DNA of 64,000 bases. Source: Eledone cirrhosa. Taxonomy: Eukaryota. The stretch is taken from NCBI GenBank assembly GCA_964016885.1, contig OZ024742.1:227106001-227170000 (forward strand). Direction: 5' to 3'. The notes beneath the pieces are model-generated. The model was not told the DNA's origin. It made no database searches and was given only the letters and a program-made list of their open reading frames with translations. The translations under genes and the position numbers were made by a program. Positions within the stretch are counted from its first letter, which is position 1; the number at the start of each line of letters is the position of its first letter. Positions 1-13,475 of the stretch are shown here, piece by piece.

Positions 1-3000
1 TGCCACCCAACCGCAGTCTACCTACCACTGCCAGCCAACCACAGTCTACCTACCACTGCCACCCAACCGCACTCTACCTACCACTGCCACCCAACCGCAC
101 TCTACCTACCACTGCCACCCAACCACTGTCTATCAGCCACAGTCTACCTACCACTGCCACCCAACCGCAGTCTACCTACCACTGCCACCCAACCACAGTC
201 TACCTACCACTGCCACCCAATCACTGTCTACCTACCACTGCCACCCAACCACAGTCTACCTACCACTGCCTCCCAACCACAGTCTACCTACCACTGCCAC
301 CCAACCACAGTCTAGCTACCACTGCAACCCATTCACTGTCTACCTACCACTGCCACCCAGCCACAGTCTACCTACCACTGCCACCCAATCACTGTCTACC
401 TACCACTGCCACCCAATCACTGTCTACCTACAACTGCCACCCAACCACAGTCTACCTACCACTGCCACCCAACCACAGTCTACCTACCACTGCCACCCAA
501 CCACAGTCTACCTACCACTGCCACCCAACCACGGTCTACCTACCACTGCCTCCCAACCACAGTCTACCTACCACTGCCACCCAACCACAGTCTACCTACC
601 ACTGCCACCCAACCACTGTCTATCAGTCACAGTCTACCTACCACTGCCACCCAAACACAGTCTACCTACCACTGCCACCCAACCACTGTCTACCTAACAC
701 TGCCACCCAAACAGTCTACCTACCATTGCCACCAACCGTAGTCTACCTACCACTGCCACCCAACCACAGTCTACCTACCCTGCCACCCAAACACAGTCTA
801 CCTACTACTACCACCCAACCACTGTCTATCAGTCACAGTCTACCTACCACTGCCACCCAAACACAGTCTACCTACCACTGCCACCCAACCACAGTCTACC
901 TACCACTGCCACCCAACCACAGTCTACCTACCACTGCCACCCAGCCACAGTCTAGCTACCACTGCCACCCAACCACAGTCTACCTACCACTGCCACCCAG
1001 CCACAGTCTAGCTACCACTGCCACCCAACCACAGTCTACCTACCACTGCCACCCAACCACAGTCTAGCTACCACTGCCACCCAACCACAGTCTACCTACC
1101 ACTGCCACCCAGCCACAGTCTACCTATCACTGCCACCCAACCACAGTCTACCTACCACTTCCACCCAACCACAGTCTACCTACCACTGCCACCCAACCGC
1201 AGTCTACCTACCACTGCCACCCAACCGCAGTCTACCTACCACTGCCACCCAACCACAGTCTACCTACCACTTCCACCCAACCACAGTCTACCTACCACTG
1301 CCACCCAACCGCAGTCTACCTACCACTGCCACCCAACCACAGTCTACCTACCACTGCCACCCAACCACAGTCTACCTACCACTTCCACCCAACCACAGTC
1401 TACCTACCACTGCCACCCAACCGCAGTCTACCTACCACTGCCACCCAACCACAGTCTACCTACCACTTCCACCCAACCACAGTCTACCTACCACTGCCAC
1501 CCAACCGCAGTCTACCTACCACTGCCACCCAACCACAGTCTACCTACCACTGCCACCCAACCACAGTCTACCTACCACTGCCACCCAACCACAGTCTACC
1601 TACCACTGCCACCCAACCGCAGTCTACCTACCACTGCCACCCAACTACAGTCTACCTACCACTGCCACCCAAAAGCAGTCTACCTACCACTGCCACCCAA
1701 CCACTGCCACCCAACCACAGTCTACCTACCACTGCCACCCAACCACAGTCTACCTACCACTGCCACCCAACCGCAGTCTACCTACCACTGCCACCCAACT
1801 ACAGTCTACCTACCACTGCCACCCAACCGCAGTCTACCTACCACTGCCACCCAAAAGCAGTCTACCTACCACTGCCACCCAAAAGCAGTCTACCTACCAC
1901 TGCCACCCAACCGCAGTCTACCTACCACTGCCACCCAACCACAGGTTACCTACCACTGCCACCCAACTGCAGTCTACCTACCACTGCCACCCAACCGCAC
2001 TCTACCTACCACTGCCACCCAACCGCAGTCTACCTACCACTGCCACCCAACCACAGTCTACCTACCACTGCCACCCAACCGCAGTCTACCTACCATTGCC
2101 ACCCAACCGCAGTCTACCTACCACTGCCACCCAACCACAGTCTACCTACCACTGCCACCCAACCGCAGTCTACCTACCACTGCCACCCAACCGCAGTCTA
2201 CCTACCACTGCCAGCCAACCACAGTCTACCTACCACTGCCACCCAACCGCACCCTACCTACCACTGCCACCCAACCGCACTCTACCTACCACTGCCACCC
2301 AACCGCAGTCCACGTACCACTGCCACCCAACAACAGTCTACCTACCACTGCCACCCAACCACAGTATACCTACCACTGCCACCCAGCCACAGTCTACCTA
2401 CCACTGCCACCCAAAAGCAGTCTACCTACCACTGCCACCCAAAAGCAGTCTACCTACCACTGCCACCCAACCGCAGTCAACCTACCACTGCCACCCAACC
2501 ACAGTCTACCTACCACTGCCACCCAACCACAGTCTACCTACCACTGCCACCCAACCACAGTCTACCTACCACTGCCACCCAACCACAGTCTACCTACCAC
2601 TGCCACCCAACCGCAGTCTACCTACCACTGCCACCCAACCGCACTCTACCTACCACTGCCACCCAACCGCAGTCTACCTACCACTGCCATCCAACCGCAG
2701 TCTACCTACCACTGCCACCCAACCGCAGTCTACCTACCACTGCCACCCAACCGCACTCTACCTACCACTGCCACCCAACCACAGTTTACCTACCACTGCC
2801 ACCCAACCACTGTCTATCAGCCACAGTCTACCTACCACTGCCACCCAACCACAGTCTACCTACCACTGCCACCCAACCACAGTCTACCTACCACTGCCAC
2901 CCAACCACTGCCACCCAACCACAGTCTACCTACCACTGCCACCCAAAAGCAGTCTACCTACCACTGCCATCCAACCACTGCCACCCAACCACAGTATACC

Positions 3001-6000
3001 TACCACTGCCACCCAGCCACAGTCTACCTACCACTGCCACCATAAAGCAGTCTACCTACCACTGCCACCCAAAAGCAGTCTACCTACCACTGCCACCCAA
3101 CCGCAGTCAACCTACCACTGCCACCCAACCACAGTCTACCTACCACTGCCATCCAACCGCACTCTACCTACCACTGCCACCCAACCGCAGTCTACCTACC
3201 ACTGCCACCCAACCGCAGTCTACCTACCACTGCCACCCAACCGCAGTCTACCTACCACTGCCACCCAACCACAGTCTACCTACCACTGCCACCCAACCAC
3301 AGTATACCTACCACTGCCACCCAACCACTGTCTATCAGCCACAGTCTACCTACCACTGCCACCCAACCACAGTCTACCAGCCACTGCCACCCAACCACAG
3401 TCTACCTACCACTGCCACCCAACCACAGTCTACCTACCACTGCCACCCAACCGCAGTCTACCTACCACTGCCACCCAACCGCAGTCTACCTACCACTGCC
3501 ACCCAACCACAGTCTACCTACCACTGCCACCCAACCACAGTCTACCTACCACTGCCACCCAACCGCAGTCTACCTACCACTGCCACCCAACCGCAGTCTA
3601 CCTACCACTGCCACCCAACCGCAGTCTACCTACCACTGCCACCCAACCGCAGTCTACCTACCACTGCCACCCAACCACAGTCTACCTACCACTGCCACCC
3701 AACCACAGTATACCTACCACTGCCACCCAACCACTGTCTATCAGCCACAGTCTACCTACCACTGCCACCCAACCACAGTCTACCAGCCACTGCCACCCAA
3801 CCACAGTCTACCTACCACTGCCACCCAACCACAGTCTACCTACCACTGCCACCCAACCGCAGTCTACCTACCACTGCCACCCAACCACAGTCTACCTACC
3901 ACTGCCACCCAACCACAGTCTACCTACCACTGCCACCCAACCACAGTCTACCTACCACTGCCACCCAGCCACAGTCTAGCTACCACTGCCACCCAACCAC
4001 AGTCTACCTACCACTGCCATCCAGCCACAGTCTAGCTACCACTGCCACCCAACCACAGTCTACCTACCACTGCCACCCAACCACAGTCTAGCTACCACTG
4101 CCACCCAACCACAGTCTACCTACCACTGCCACCCAGCCACAGTCTACCTACCACTGCCACCCAACCACAGTCTACCTACCACTTCCACCCAACCACAGTC
4201 TACCTACCACTGCCACCCAACCGCAGTCTACCTACCACTGCCACCCAACCACAGTCTACCTACCACTTCCACCCAACCACAGTCTACCTACCACTGCCAC
4301 CCAACCGCAGTCTACCTACCACTGCCACCCAACCACAGTCTACCTACCACTGCCACCCAACCACAGTCTACCTACCACTGCCACCCAACCACAGTCTACC
4401 TACCACTGCCACCCAACCGCAGTCTACCTACCACTGCCACCCAACCGCAGTCTACCTACCACTGCCACCCAACTACAGTCTACCTACCACTGCCACCCAA
4501 CTACAGTCTACCTACCACTGCCACCCAAAAGCAGTCTACCTACCACTGCCACCCAACCACTGCCACCCAACCACAGTATACCTACCACTGCCACCCAACC
4601 ACAGTCTACCTACCACTGCCACCCAACCACAGTCTACCTACCACTGCCACCCAACCGCAGTCTACCTACCACTGCCACCCAACTACAGTCTACCTACCAC
4701 TGCCACCCAACCGCAGTCTACCTACCACTGCCACCCAACCACAGGTTACCTACCACTGCCACCCAAAAGCAGTCTACCTACCACTGCCACCCAACCGCAG
4801 TCTACCTACCACTGCCACCCAACCACAGTCTACCTACCACTGCCACCCAACCGCAGTCTACCTACCACTGCCACCCAACCGCAGTCTACCTACCACTGCC
4901 AGCCAACCACAGTCTACCTACCACTGCCACCCAACCGCACCCTACCTACCACTGCCACCCAACCACAGTCTACCTACCACTGCCACCCAACCACAGTCTA
5001 CCTACCACTGCCACCCAACCGCAGTCTACCTACCACTGCCACCCAACCGCACTCTACCTACCACTGCCACCCAACCGCAGTCTACCTACCACTGCCACCC
5101 AAAAGCAGTCTACCTACCACTGCCACCCAACCGCAGTCTACCTACCACTGCCACCCAACCGCACTCTACCTACCACTGCCACCCAACCACAGTTTACCTA
5201 CCACTGCCACCCAACCACTGTCTATCAGCCACAGTCTACCTACCACTGCCACCCAACCACAGTCTACCTACCACTGCCACCCAACCACTGCCACCCAACC
5301 ACAGTATACCTACCACTGCCACCCAACTACAGTCTACCTACCACTGCCACCCAAAAGCAGTCTACCTACCACTGCCATCCAACCACTGCCACCCAACCAC
5401 AGTATACCTACCACTGCCACCCAGCCACAGTCTACCTACCACTGCCACCCAAAAGCAGTCTACCTACCACTGCCACCCAAAAGCAGTCTACCTACCACTG
5501 CCACCCAACCGCAGTCAACCTACCACTGCCACCCAACCACAGTCTACCTACCACTGCCATCCAACCGCACTCTACCTACCACTGCCACCCAACCGCAGTC
5601 TACCTACCACTGCCACCGAACCGCAGTCTACCTACCACTGCCACCCAACCACAGTCTACCTACCACTGCCACCCAACCACAGTATACCTACCACTGCCAC
5701 CCAACCACTGTCTATCAGCCACAATCTACCTACCACTGCCACCCAACCACAGTCTACCAGCCACTGCCACCCAACCACAGTCTACCTACCACTGCCACCC
5801 AACCACAGTCTACCTACCACTGCCACCCAACCTACCTACCACTGCCACCCAACCGCAGTCTACCTACCACTGCCACCCAACCACAGTCTACCTACCACTG
5901 CCACCCAACCACAGTATACCTACCACTGCCACCCAACCACAGTCTACCTACCACTGCCACCCAACCGCAGTCTACCTACCACTGCCACCCAACCGCAGTC

Positions 6001-9000
6001 TACCTACCACTGCCACCCAACCGCAGTCTACCTACCACTGCCACCCAACCACAGTCTACCTACCACTGCCACCCAACCGCAGTCTACCTACCACTGCCAC
6101 CCAACCGCAGTCTACCTACCACTGCCACCCAACCGCAGTCTACCTACCACTGCCACCCAACCGCAGTCTACCTACCACTGCCACCCAACCGCAGTCTACC
6201 TACCACTGCCACCCAACCGCAGTCTACCTACCACTGCCACCCAACCACAGTCTACCTACCACTGCCACCCAACCACAGTATACCTACCACTGCCACCCAA
6301 CCACTGTCTATCAGCCACAGTCTACCTACCACTGCCACCCAACCACAGTCTACCAGCCACTGCCACCCAACCACAGTCTACCTACCACTGCCACCCAACC
6401 ACAGTCTACCTACCACTGCCACCCAACCGCAGTCTACCTACCACTGCCACCCAACCGCAGTCTACCTACCACTGCCACCCAACCACAGTCTACCTACCAC
6501 TGCCACCCAACCGCAGTCTACCTACCACTGCCACCCAACCGCAGTCTACCTACCACTGCCACCCAACCGCAGTCTACCTACCACTGCCACCCAACCGCAG
6601 TCTACCTACCACTGCCACCCAACCACAGTCTACCTACCACTGCCACCCAACCACAGTCTACCTACCACTGCCACCCAACCACAGGTTACCTACCACTGCC
6701 AGCCAACCACAGTCTACCTACCACTGCCACCCAACCGCACTATACCTACCACTGCCACCCAACCACAGTCTACCTACCACTATCACCCAAACGCAGTCTA
6801 CCTACCACTGCCACCCAACCACTGTCTATCAGCCACAGTCTACCTACCACTGCCACCCAACCGCAGTCTACCTACCACTGCCACCCAGCCGCAGTCTACC
6901 TACCACTGCCACCCAACCACAGTCTACCTACCACTGCCACCCAACCACAATCTACCTACCACTGCCACCCAACCACAGTCTACCTACCACTGCCACCCAA
7001 CCGCACTCTACCTACCACTGCCACCCAACCGCACTCTACCTACCACTGCCACCCAACCACAATCTACCTACCACTGCCACCCAACCACAGTCTACCTACC
7101 ACTGCCACCCAACCACAGTCTACCTACCACTGCCACCCAACCACAGTCCACCTACCACTACCACCCAACCACAGTCTACCTACTACTACCACCCAACCAC
7201 TGTCTATCAGCCACAGTCTACCTACCACTGCCACCCAACCGCACTCTACCTACCAATGCCACCCAACCACAGTCTACCTACCACTGCCACCCAACCGCAG
7301 TCTACCTACCACTGCCACCCAACCGCAGTCTACCTACCACTGCCACCCAACCACAGTCTACCTACCACTGCCACCCAACTGCAGTCTACCTACCACTGCC
7401 ACCCAACCGCAGTCTACCAGCCACTGCCACCCAACCGCAGTCTACCTACCACTGCCACCCAACCACAGTCTACCTACCACTGCCACCCAACCACAGTCTA
7501 CCTACCACTGCCACCCAACCACAGTCTACCTACCACTGCCACCCAACCACAGTCTACCTACCACTGCCACCCAACCACAGTCTACCTACCACTGCCACCC
7601 AACCGCACTATACCTACCACTGCCACCCAACCACAGTCTACCTACCACTATCACCCAAAAGCAGTCTACCTACCACAGCCACCCAAACGCAGTCTACCTA
7701 CCACTGCCACCCAACCACTGTCTATCAGCCACAGTCTACCTACCACTGCCACCCAACCGCAGTCTACCTACCACTGCCACCCAGCCGCAGTCTACCTACC
7801 ACTGCCACCCAACCACAGTCTACCTACCACTGCCACCCAACCACAATCTACCTACCACTGCCACCCAACCACAGTCTACCTACCACTGCCACCCAACCGC
7901 ACTCTACCTACCACTGCCACCCAACCGCACTCTACCTACCACTGCCACCCAACCACAATCTACCTACCACTGCCACCCAACCACAGTCTACCTACCACTG
8001 CCACCCAACCACAGTCTACCTACCACTGCCACCCAACCACAGTCCACCTACCACTACCACCCAACCACAGTCTACCTACTACTACCACCCAACCACTGTC
8101 TATCAGCCACAGTCTACCTACCACTGCCACCCAACCGCACTCTACCTACCACTGCCACCCAACCGCACTCTACCTACCACTGCCACCCAACCACAATCTA
8201 CCTACCACTGCCACCCAACCGCAGTCTACCTACCACTGCCACCCAACCGCAGTCTACCTACCACAGTTTACCTACCACTGCCACCCAACCACTGTCTATC
8301 AGCCACAGTCTACCTACCACTGCCACCCAACCGCAGTCTACCTACCACTGCCACCCAACCACAGTCTACCTACCACTGCCACCCAACCGCAGTCTACCTA
8401 CCACTGCCACCCAACCGCAGTCTACCTACCACAGTTTACCTACCACTGCCACCCAACCACTGTCTATCAGCCACAGTCTACCTACCACTGCCACCCAACC
8501 GCAGTCTACCTACCACTGCCACCCAACCGCAGTCTACCTACCACTGCCACCCAACCGCAGTCTACCTACCACTGCCACCCAACCGCACTCTACCTACCAC
8601 TGCCACCCAACCGCACTCTACCTACCACTGCCACCCAACCGCAGTCCACCTACCACTGCCACCCAACCGCAGTCTACCTACCACTGCCACCCAACCACAG
8701 TCTACCTACCACTGCCACCCAACCACAGTCTACCTACCACTGCCTCCCAACCACAGTCTACCTACCACTGCCACCCAAAAGCAGTCTACCTACCACAGCC
8801 ACCCAACCGCAGTCTACCTACCACTGCCACCCAACCACAGTCTACCTACCACTGCCACCCAAAAGCAGTCTACCTACCACAGCCACCCAACCGCAGTCTA
8901 CCTACCACTGCCACCCAACCACAGTCTACCTACCACTGCCACCCAAAAGCAGTGTACCTACCACAGCCACCCAACCGCAGTCTACCTACCACTGCCACCC

Positions 9001-9875
9001 AACCACAGTCTACCTACCACTGCCACCCAAAAGCAGTCTACCTACCACAGCCACCCAGCCACAGTCTACCTACCACTGCCACCCAACCGCACTCTACCTA
9101 CCACTGCCACCCAACCACAGTCTACCTACCACTGCCACCCAACCACATTCTACCTACCACTGCCACCCAAAAGCAGTCTACCTACCACTGCCACCCAACC
9201 ACAGTCTACCTACCACTGCCACCCAACCGCACTCTACCTACCACTGCCACCCAACCACAGTCTACCAGCCACTGCCACCCAACCGCAGTCTACCTACCAC
9301 TGCCACCCAACCACAGTCTACCTACCACTGCCACCCAACCGCAGTCTACCTACCACTGCCACCCAACCACAGTCTACCTACCACTGCCACCCAACCGCAG
9401 TCTACCAGCCACTGCCACCCAACCGCAGTCTACCTACCACTGCCACCCAACCACAGTCTACCTACCACTGCCACCCAACCGCAGTCTACCTACCACTGCC
9501 ACCCAACCGCAGTCTACCAGCCACTGCCACCCAACCACAGTCTACCTACCACTGCCACCCAACCACAGTCTACCTACCACTGCCACCCAACCGCAGTCTA
9601 CCAGCCACTGCCACCTAACCACAGTCTACCTACCACTGCCACCCAACTACAGTCTACCTACCACTGCCACCCAACCGCAGTCTACCAGCCACTGCCACCC
9701 AACCACAGTCTACCTACCACTACCACCCAACCACAGTCTACCTACCACTGCCACCCAACCACAGTCTACCTACCACTGCCACCCAACCACAGTCTACCTA
9801 CCACTGCCACCCAACCGCAGTCTACCAGCCACAGTCTACCTACCACTGCCACCCAACCACAGTCTACCAGCCACT
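1..9875. repeat. 28-bp minisatellite array, consensus CCACTGCCACCCAA-CCACAGTCTACCTA, about 350 units, runs off the left edge
   Basis: Direct 28-nt periodicity. The 28-aa repeat in the ORF track equals three units. Variants include 14-nt insertions (CCACTGTCTATCAG) and half-units. Confidence 0.98.
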
Positions 9876-10027
9876 GGCCACACATCACATATAGTCAGCA
9901 TTATGGTGATCATTACAAACAATGTAGAGTTAACAAACATTTTCTTTTCACAATCTAGGTCAAGACTGTTGTGTTTAACAACATAATATACTTCTTGTTG
10001 TAGACCTGTGTATGTATGTATGTATAA

Positions 10028-10062
<35 letters not shown>

Positions 10063-10354
10063 GTACTGATGATATATACACATATATCATTTTACCCTGT
10101 GTTTTTCTAAGGTTGCATGGGTTGGACGGACACACACACACACACATTCTCACTCACACACACTCACTCACTCTCACACACACATACACACACACATACA
10201 CACACATACTCTATTGAGTGACATTTTACTGAAGGCTTCTATAATCTATAAGTATAAATTTGATATTTGATATTTGTTGACCTAAAGCAAGAGGCTAATC
10301 ACATAACCTAGTTATAACCAATAATAATGAGGAGGTAATCCAATACTATACTCC

Positions 10355-10510
10355 TTGCATGGCTGTGAGGTTAAGAGGTTTGCTTAGCAACTATGTGGTC
10401 TTGGGTTTTATCTCACAGTATCTCACTTTGAGCAGCATATTCTTTTATTATAGCCATGGGCCAACCAATTTGTGTGAAATTTGCTAGACAAGCTGAAAGG
10501 AAGACTGTCA
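10355..10510 (+). mobile_element. Degenerate tRNA-derived SINE (family also at ~40315-40440, 48730-48876 minus, 50682-50850, 51180-51330)
   Basis: A-box-like TGGCTGTG-GGTTAAG, B-box-like GGTT..ATC, and a shared body ending in tgtgaaatttg.tagac.gaaactg across copies. Confidence 0.6.
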
Positions 10511-10530
10511 TATATATATATATATATATA

Positions 10531-10642
10531 TAATGAAGGAAATGTGGTAAGGAACCAGATGGACCATAACGCACCAAAGTACTCAATACTTAGCGTAGTA
10601 GAGTGGATAATAGGAACGAGTAGGACCCCTACTCGTTCCTAT
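10531..10642 (-). mobile_element. Short foldback element, family A, in (TA)n
   Basis: Reverse complement of ~11955-12048. Terminal hairpin ATAGGAACGAGTAGG-acc-CCTACTCGTTCCTAT at 10610-10642. TA tracts on both sides. Confidence 0.75.
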
Positions 10643-10847
10643 ATATATATATAGTTTGATATGTATTTTCTCAAAGCTGTAAGGGAATCATTCTGTCACT
10701 ACCATAACAGAAGTCCGATTAGCTTTTGTTTCCATAGTTGGACCCTATCAATACAGATCAAACCTTGACCTGATCAATCGCAAAACGTGCATCACACCTC
10801 AATAAATGTAATGAAGACCTAACACCTCGTCCTTTTTATTATTATTA

Positions 10848-11175
10848 GCACTGGGTATTTGCTGGTGTTGTGCCAAAAGTAGAAACAATTATTATTATTA
10901 TTATTATTGCCTATCATCTTTACAGGGTCGCTAAAATAAAGTACCAGTAATACACTGGGGTAATTGCTGGCCTTGTGTCAAAAGTAGAAACAATTATTAT
11001 TATTGGCAGTATTGGTAGAAAGTCTGATGCCATTCTTTGCAGCACAGAGTTACTGCCCTTTACAGTTTGAGGTTAACTTTGGCTTTCATCCTTATGGGTT
11101 CGATAAAATAAAGTACCAGTAATGCACTGGGATAATTACTGACCTTGTGCCAAAAGTAGAAACAATTATTATTTA
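10848..11175 (+). mobile_element. Tandem partial copies of the dominant tRNA-derived SINE with (ATT)n tail
   Basis: gcctttcatcctta.ggggtcgataaaataaagtaccagtaatgcactggg...gtgccaaaagtagaaacaattattatt repeated; matches full copies elsewhere. Confidence 0.85.
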
Positions 11176-11642
11176 TATATATATACATATCATCATCATC
11201 ATACCGTTTAACATCCATTTTTCCATGCTAGCATGGATTAGATGAGTTGTCCTGTTGTAAGACAAGTAAAATCAGGTAACTATATCTTGATCATATAGAA
11301 CTGGTTCTGGCTTGGTTTCTATGGCTGGATGCCCTTTCTAACACTAACCACATTTACAGAGTGTACTAGGGGCTTTTTATATATATGACCAATTATAGCA
11401 AAGTTGCACATGAAAAAACCAAACACATAGATGCTTTTGTTCATTTGTCTTAACTTCCTCTTCAGTCACTCTCTGGGCAGTGCAGTTGTGTGCATAAGGG
11501 TGGTATTGCATAATATTACATCCAGATTGCATGAGACAACATAACATAGAGACAGGGGCCAGCAAGTGTCTTTTGACTGAAAACAGGACAGGATATATAT
11601 ATATGTATATAATAATATATATATATATAAATATATATATAT

Positions 11643-11798
11643 ATATTGTTATACTTTGGGAGGGTCATGTTGCCAATAAGAAACACACACACTGGTGCGT
11701 GTGTTTCTTATTGGCAACATGACCCTCCCAAAGTATAACAATATCGGTTTCAACACACGATTTCAGATAAAGAATCTTGCTAAACAAATTCAGAAACG

Positions 11799-11800
<2 letters not shown>
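11643..11800 (+). mobile_element. Short foldback element, family B: 46-bp perfect inverted arms plus ~55-nt tail, in (TA)n
   Basis: Arms 11643-11688 and 11699-11744 are exact reverse complements. A related end (atgaccctccccaagtataacaatat) is at ~12405-12430. Confidence 0.75.
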
Positions 11801-11854
<54 letters not shown>

Positions 11855-11859
<5 letters not shown>

Positions 11860-12048
11860 AACGAGTAGGACCCCGACGGCTGAGCTCGAGCCGTTTCGAC
11901 GGCTAATTCAGTCCAGAATTAGCCGTCGAAACGGCTTGAGCTCAGCCTTCGGGGTCCTACTCGTTCCTATTACCCACTCTACTACCCTAAGTGTTGAGTA
12001 CTTTGGTGCGTATGGTCCACCTGGTTCCTTACCACATTTCCTTCGTTA
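11855..12048 (+). mobile_element. Foldback element, family A: 55-bp arms plus ~78-nt tail, in (TA)n
   Basis: Arms 11855-11909 and 11916-11970 differ at 2 positions. GTCGAAACGG follows the apical stem. Confidence 0.75.
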
Positions 12049-12185
12049 TATATATATATATATATAAATATATATATATGCGCAAAGAAGACAAAATAAA
12101 ATAAACAAACAAATAAATAAATAAATATATAAACAGACTAAATAAAGATGGCGTAGACATACAATGTAACGGGAGGAAACAATAG

Positions 12186-12226
12186 CACCACTGACGATGT
12201 TGCAGATGTGCAACGAAAGAACTTTC
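12186..12226 (+). ncRNA. Hammerhead ribozyme core remnant (CTGACGA-T-GTTGCA-gatg-TGCAAC-GAAA)
   Basis: Canonical CUGANGA and GAAA boxes around a perfect 6-bp stem II with one extra U. No stem I partner found. Confidence 0.5.
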
Positions 12227-12453
12227 ATAAACTATATATATGTGTTTGTGTCTATATTGTATCTGTATTATTTTTGACTGTTGGTCAGTCAATGGCAACA
12301 TTGAGGACCGAATAAATTAGATTACCGATATAAAAGACACAGAAGCGAAAACCAACCAACCAGTGAGTGTGTTCTGTTATTAATTCTGGCAATATTACAC
12401 AAATATGACCCTCCCCAAGTATAACAATATATATATATATATTTATTAAAATA

Positions 12454-12526
12454 ACAGATTAAAGTTTAAGCAAAGAATTGCTACTTTCACCCTTAACGGG
12501 ATCTTCTGAAACTAAAGTCAATCTGT
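12454..12526 (-). ncRNA. Type I hammerhead-like ribozyme with variant core CAGAAGA (inverted copy)
   Basis: Minus strand reads ACAGATTGA-cttt-AGTTT-CAGAAGA-T-CCC-gttaa-GGG-T-GAAA-GTAG-caattct-TTGC-T-T-AAACT-TTAATCTGT; all three stems pair. Confidence 0.6.
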
Positions 12527-13399
12527 GAATGCAGAAGTGAATATTTCAAAAAACGTAGCAACCGGAGGAAGACAGGAAGACGATACTTTGGTTCGTGGAA
12601 ACGTTCCCTGGCAAAGAACGGGAAAAAACGAATATAATACGTCATTATTTGGAGCGGTGAAAAACAATTACACGCAAAGACAAAACCACGTTTATGGTAT
12701 AAAAGAAGTCGTAGACTAATATTCTATTAGGTGGTTCATAGAGACGTTCTCAAGCATATACGTTTATTTAATTTTATGTATACACGCACACACACACATA
12801 TATATATTTTTATATATATTTTTATGTGTATTTGGTGTACACATTTGTATGCGTGCGGGTACAGGCGTTGCGTGTGTTTTTTTTTTTTTTTTTTTTTTTG
12901 TGTACGTGCATGTATTTGTATACCTATGGCGAGTATTTTCGCGTATGCTTGTGTATGTACGTATATGGATGCGTGTATGTATTTATTTATCTCAATTACC
13001 TCTGTATTTTATTTACTTTATTCATAACTCTAAAGCCGAGAATCATTCGGTTTCCTAGTTAGAATTTTAGTCTACGACTTCAGTTATACCATTTACGTGG
13101 TTTTGTCTTTGCGTGCAATTGTTCTCCGCGTTCCACATATGACGTATTATCTTCGTTTTTTCCGTTCAGTGCCAGATAACGTCTCTATGAACCACCTAAT
13201 AGAATATTAGTCGACGACTTCTTTTATACCATAAACGTGGTTTTGTCTTTGCGTGTAATTGTTTTTCACCCCTCCAAATAATGACGTATTATATTCGTTT
13301 TTTCCCGTTCTTTGCCAGGGAACGTTTCCACGAACCAAAGTATCGTCTTCCTGTTTTCCTCCGGTTGCTACGTTTTTTGAAATATTCACTTCTACGTTC

Positions 13400-13475
13400 A
13401 CAGATTGACTTTGTTAGTTTCAGAAGATCCCGTTAGGGGTGAAAGCAGCGATTCTTTGCTTAAACTTTAATCTGT
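13400..13475 (+). ncRNA. Type I hammerhead-like ribozyme with variant core CAGAAGA
   Basis: Stem I 13416-20/13462-66 plus distal helix 13400-08/13467-75; stem II CCC/GGG; GAAA 13441-44; stem III 13444-48/13456-60; NUH triplet CUU, predicted cut after 13461. Confidence 0.65.

Noticed and set aside
1-9875. CRISPR array or telomeric repeat
   Set aside because: No unique spacers, no cas genes, eukaryotic context, and the unit is not TTAGGG-like.
726-9986. Long Pro/Thr/His-rich ORFs (113-900 aa) as a mucin- or extensin-like gene
   Set aside because: By-product of a stop-free 28-bp unit. All frames give the same peptide, 14-nt indels are tolerated, and starts are chance variants.
12525-13401. Two near-identical 64-aa ORFs on opposite strands as a duplicated small gene
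   Set aside because: They are GTG-started antisense readings of the inverted arms of element C.
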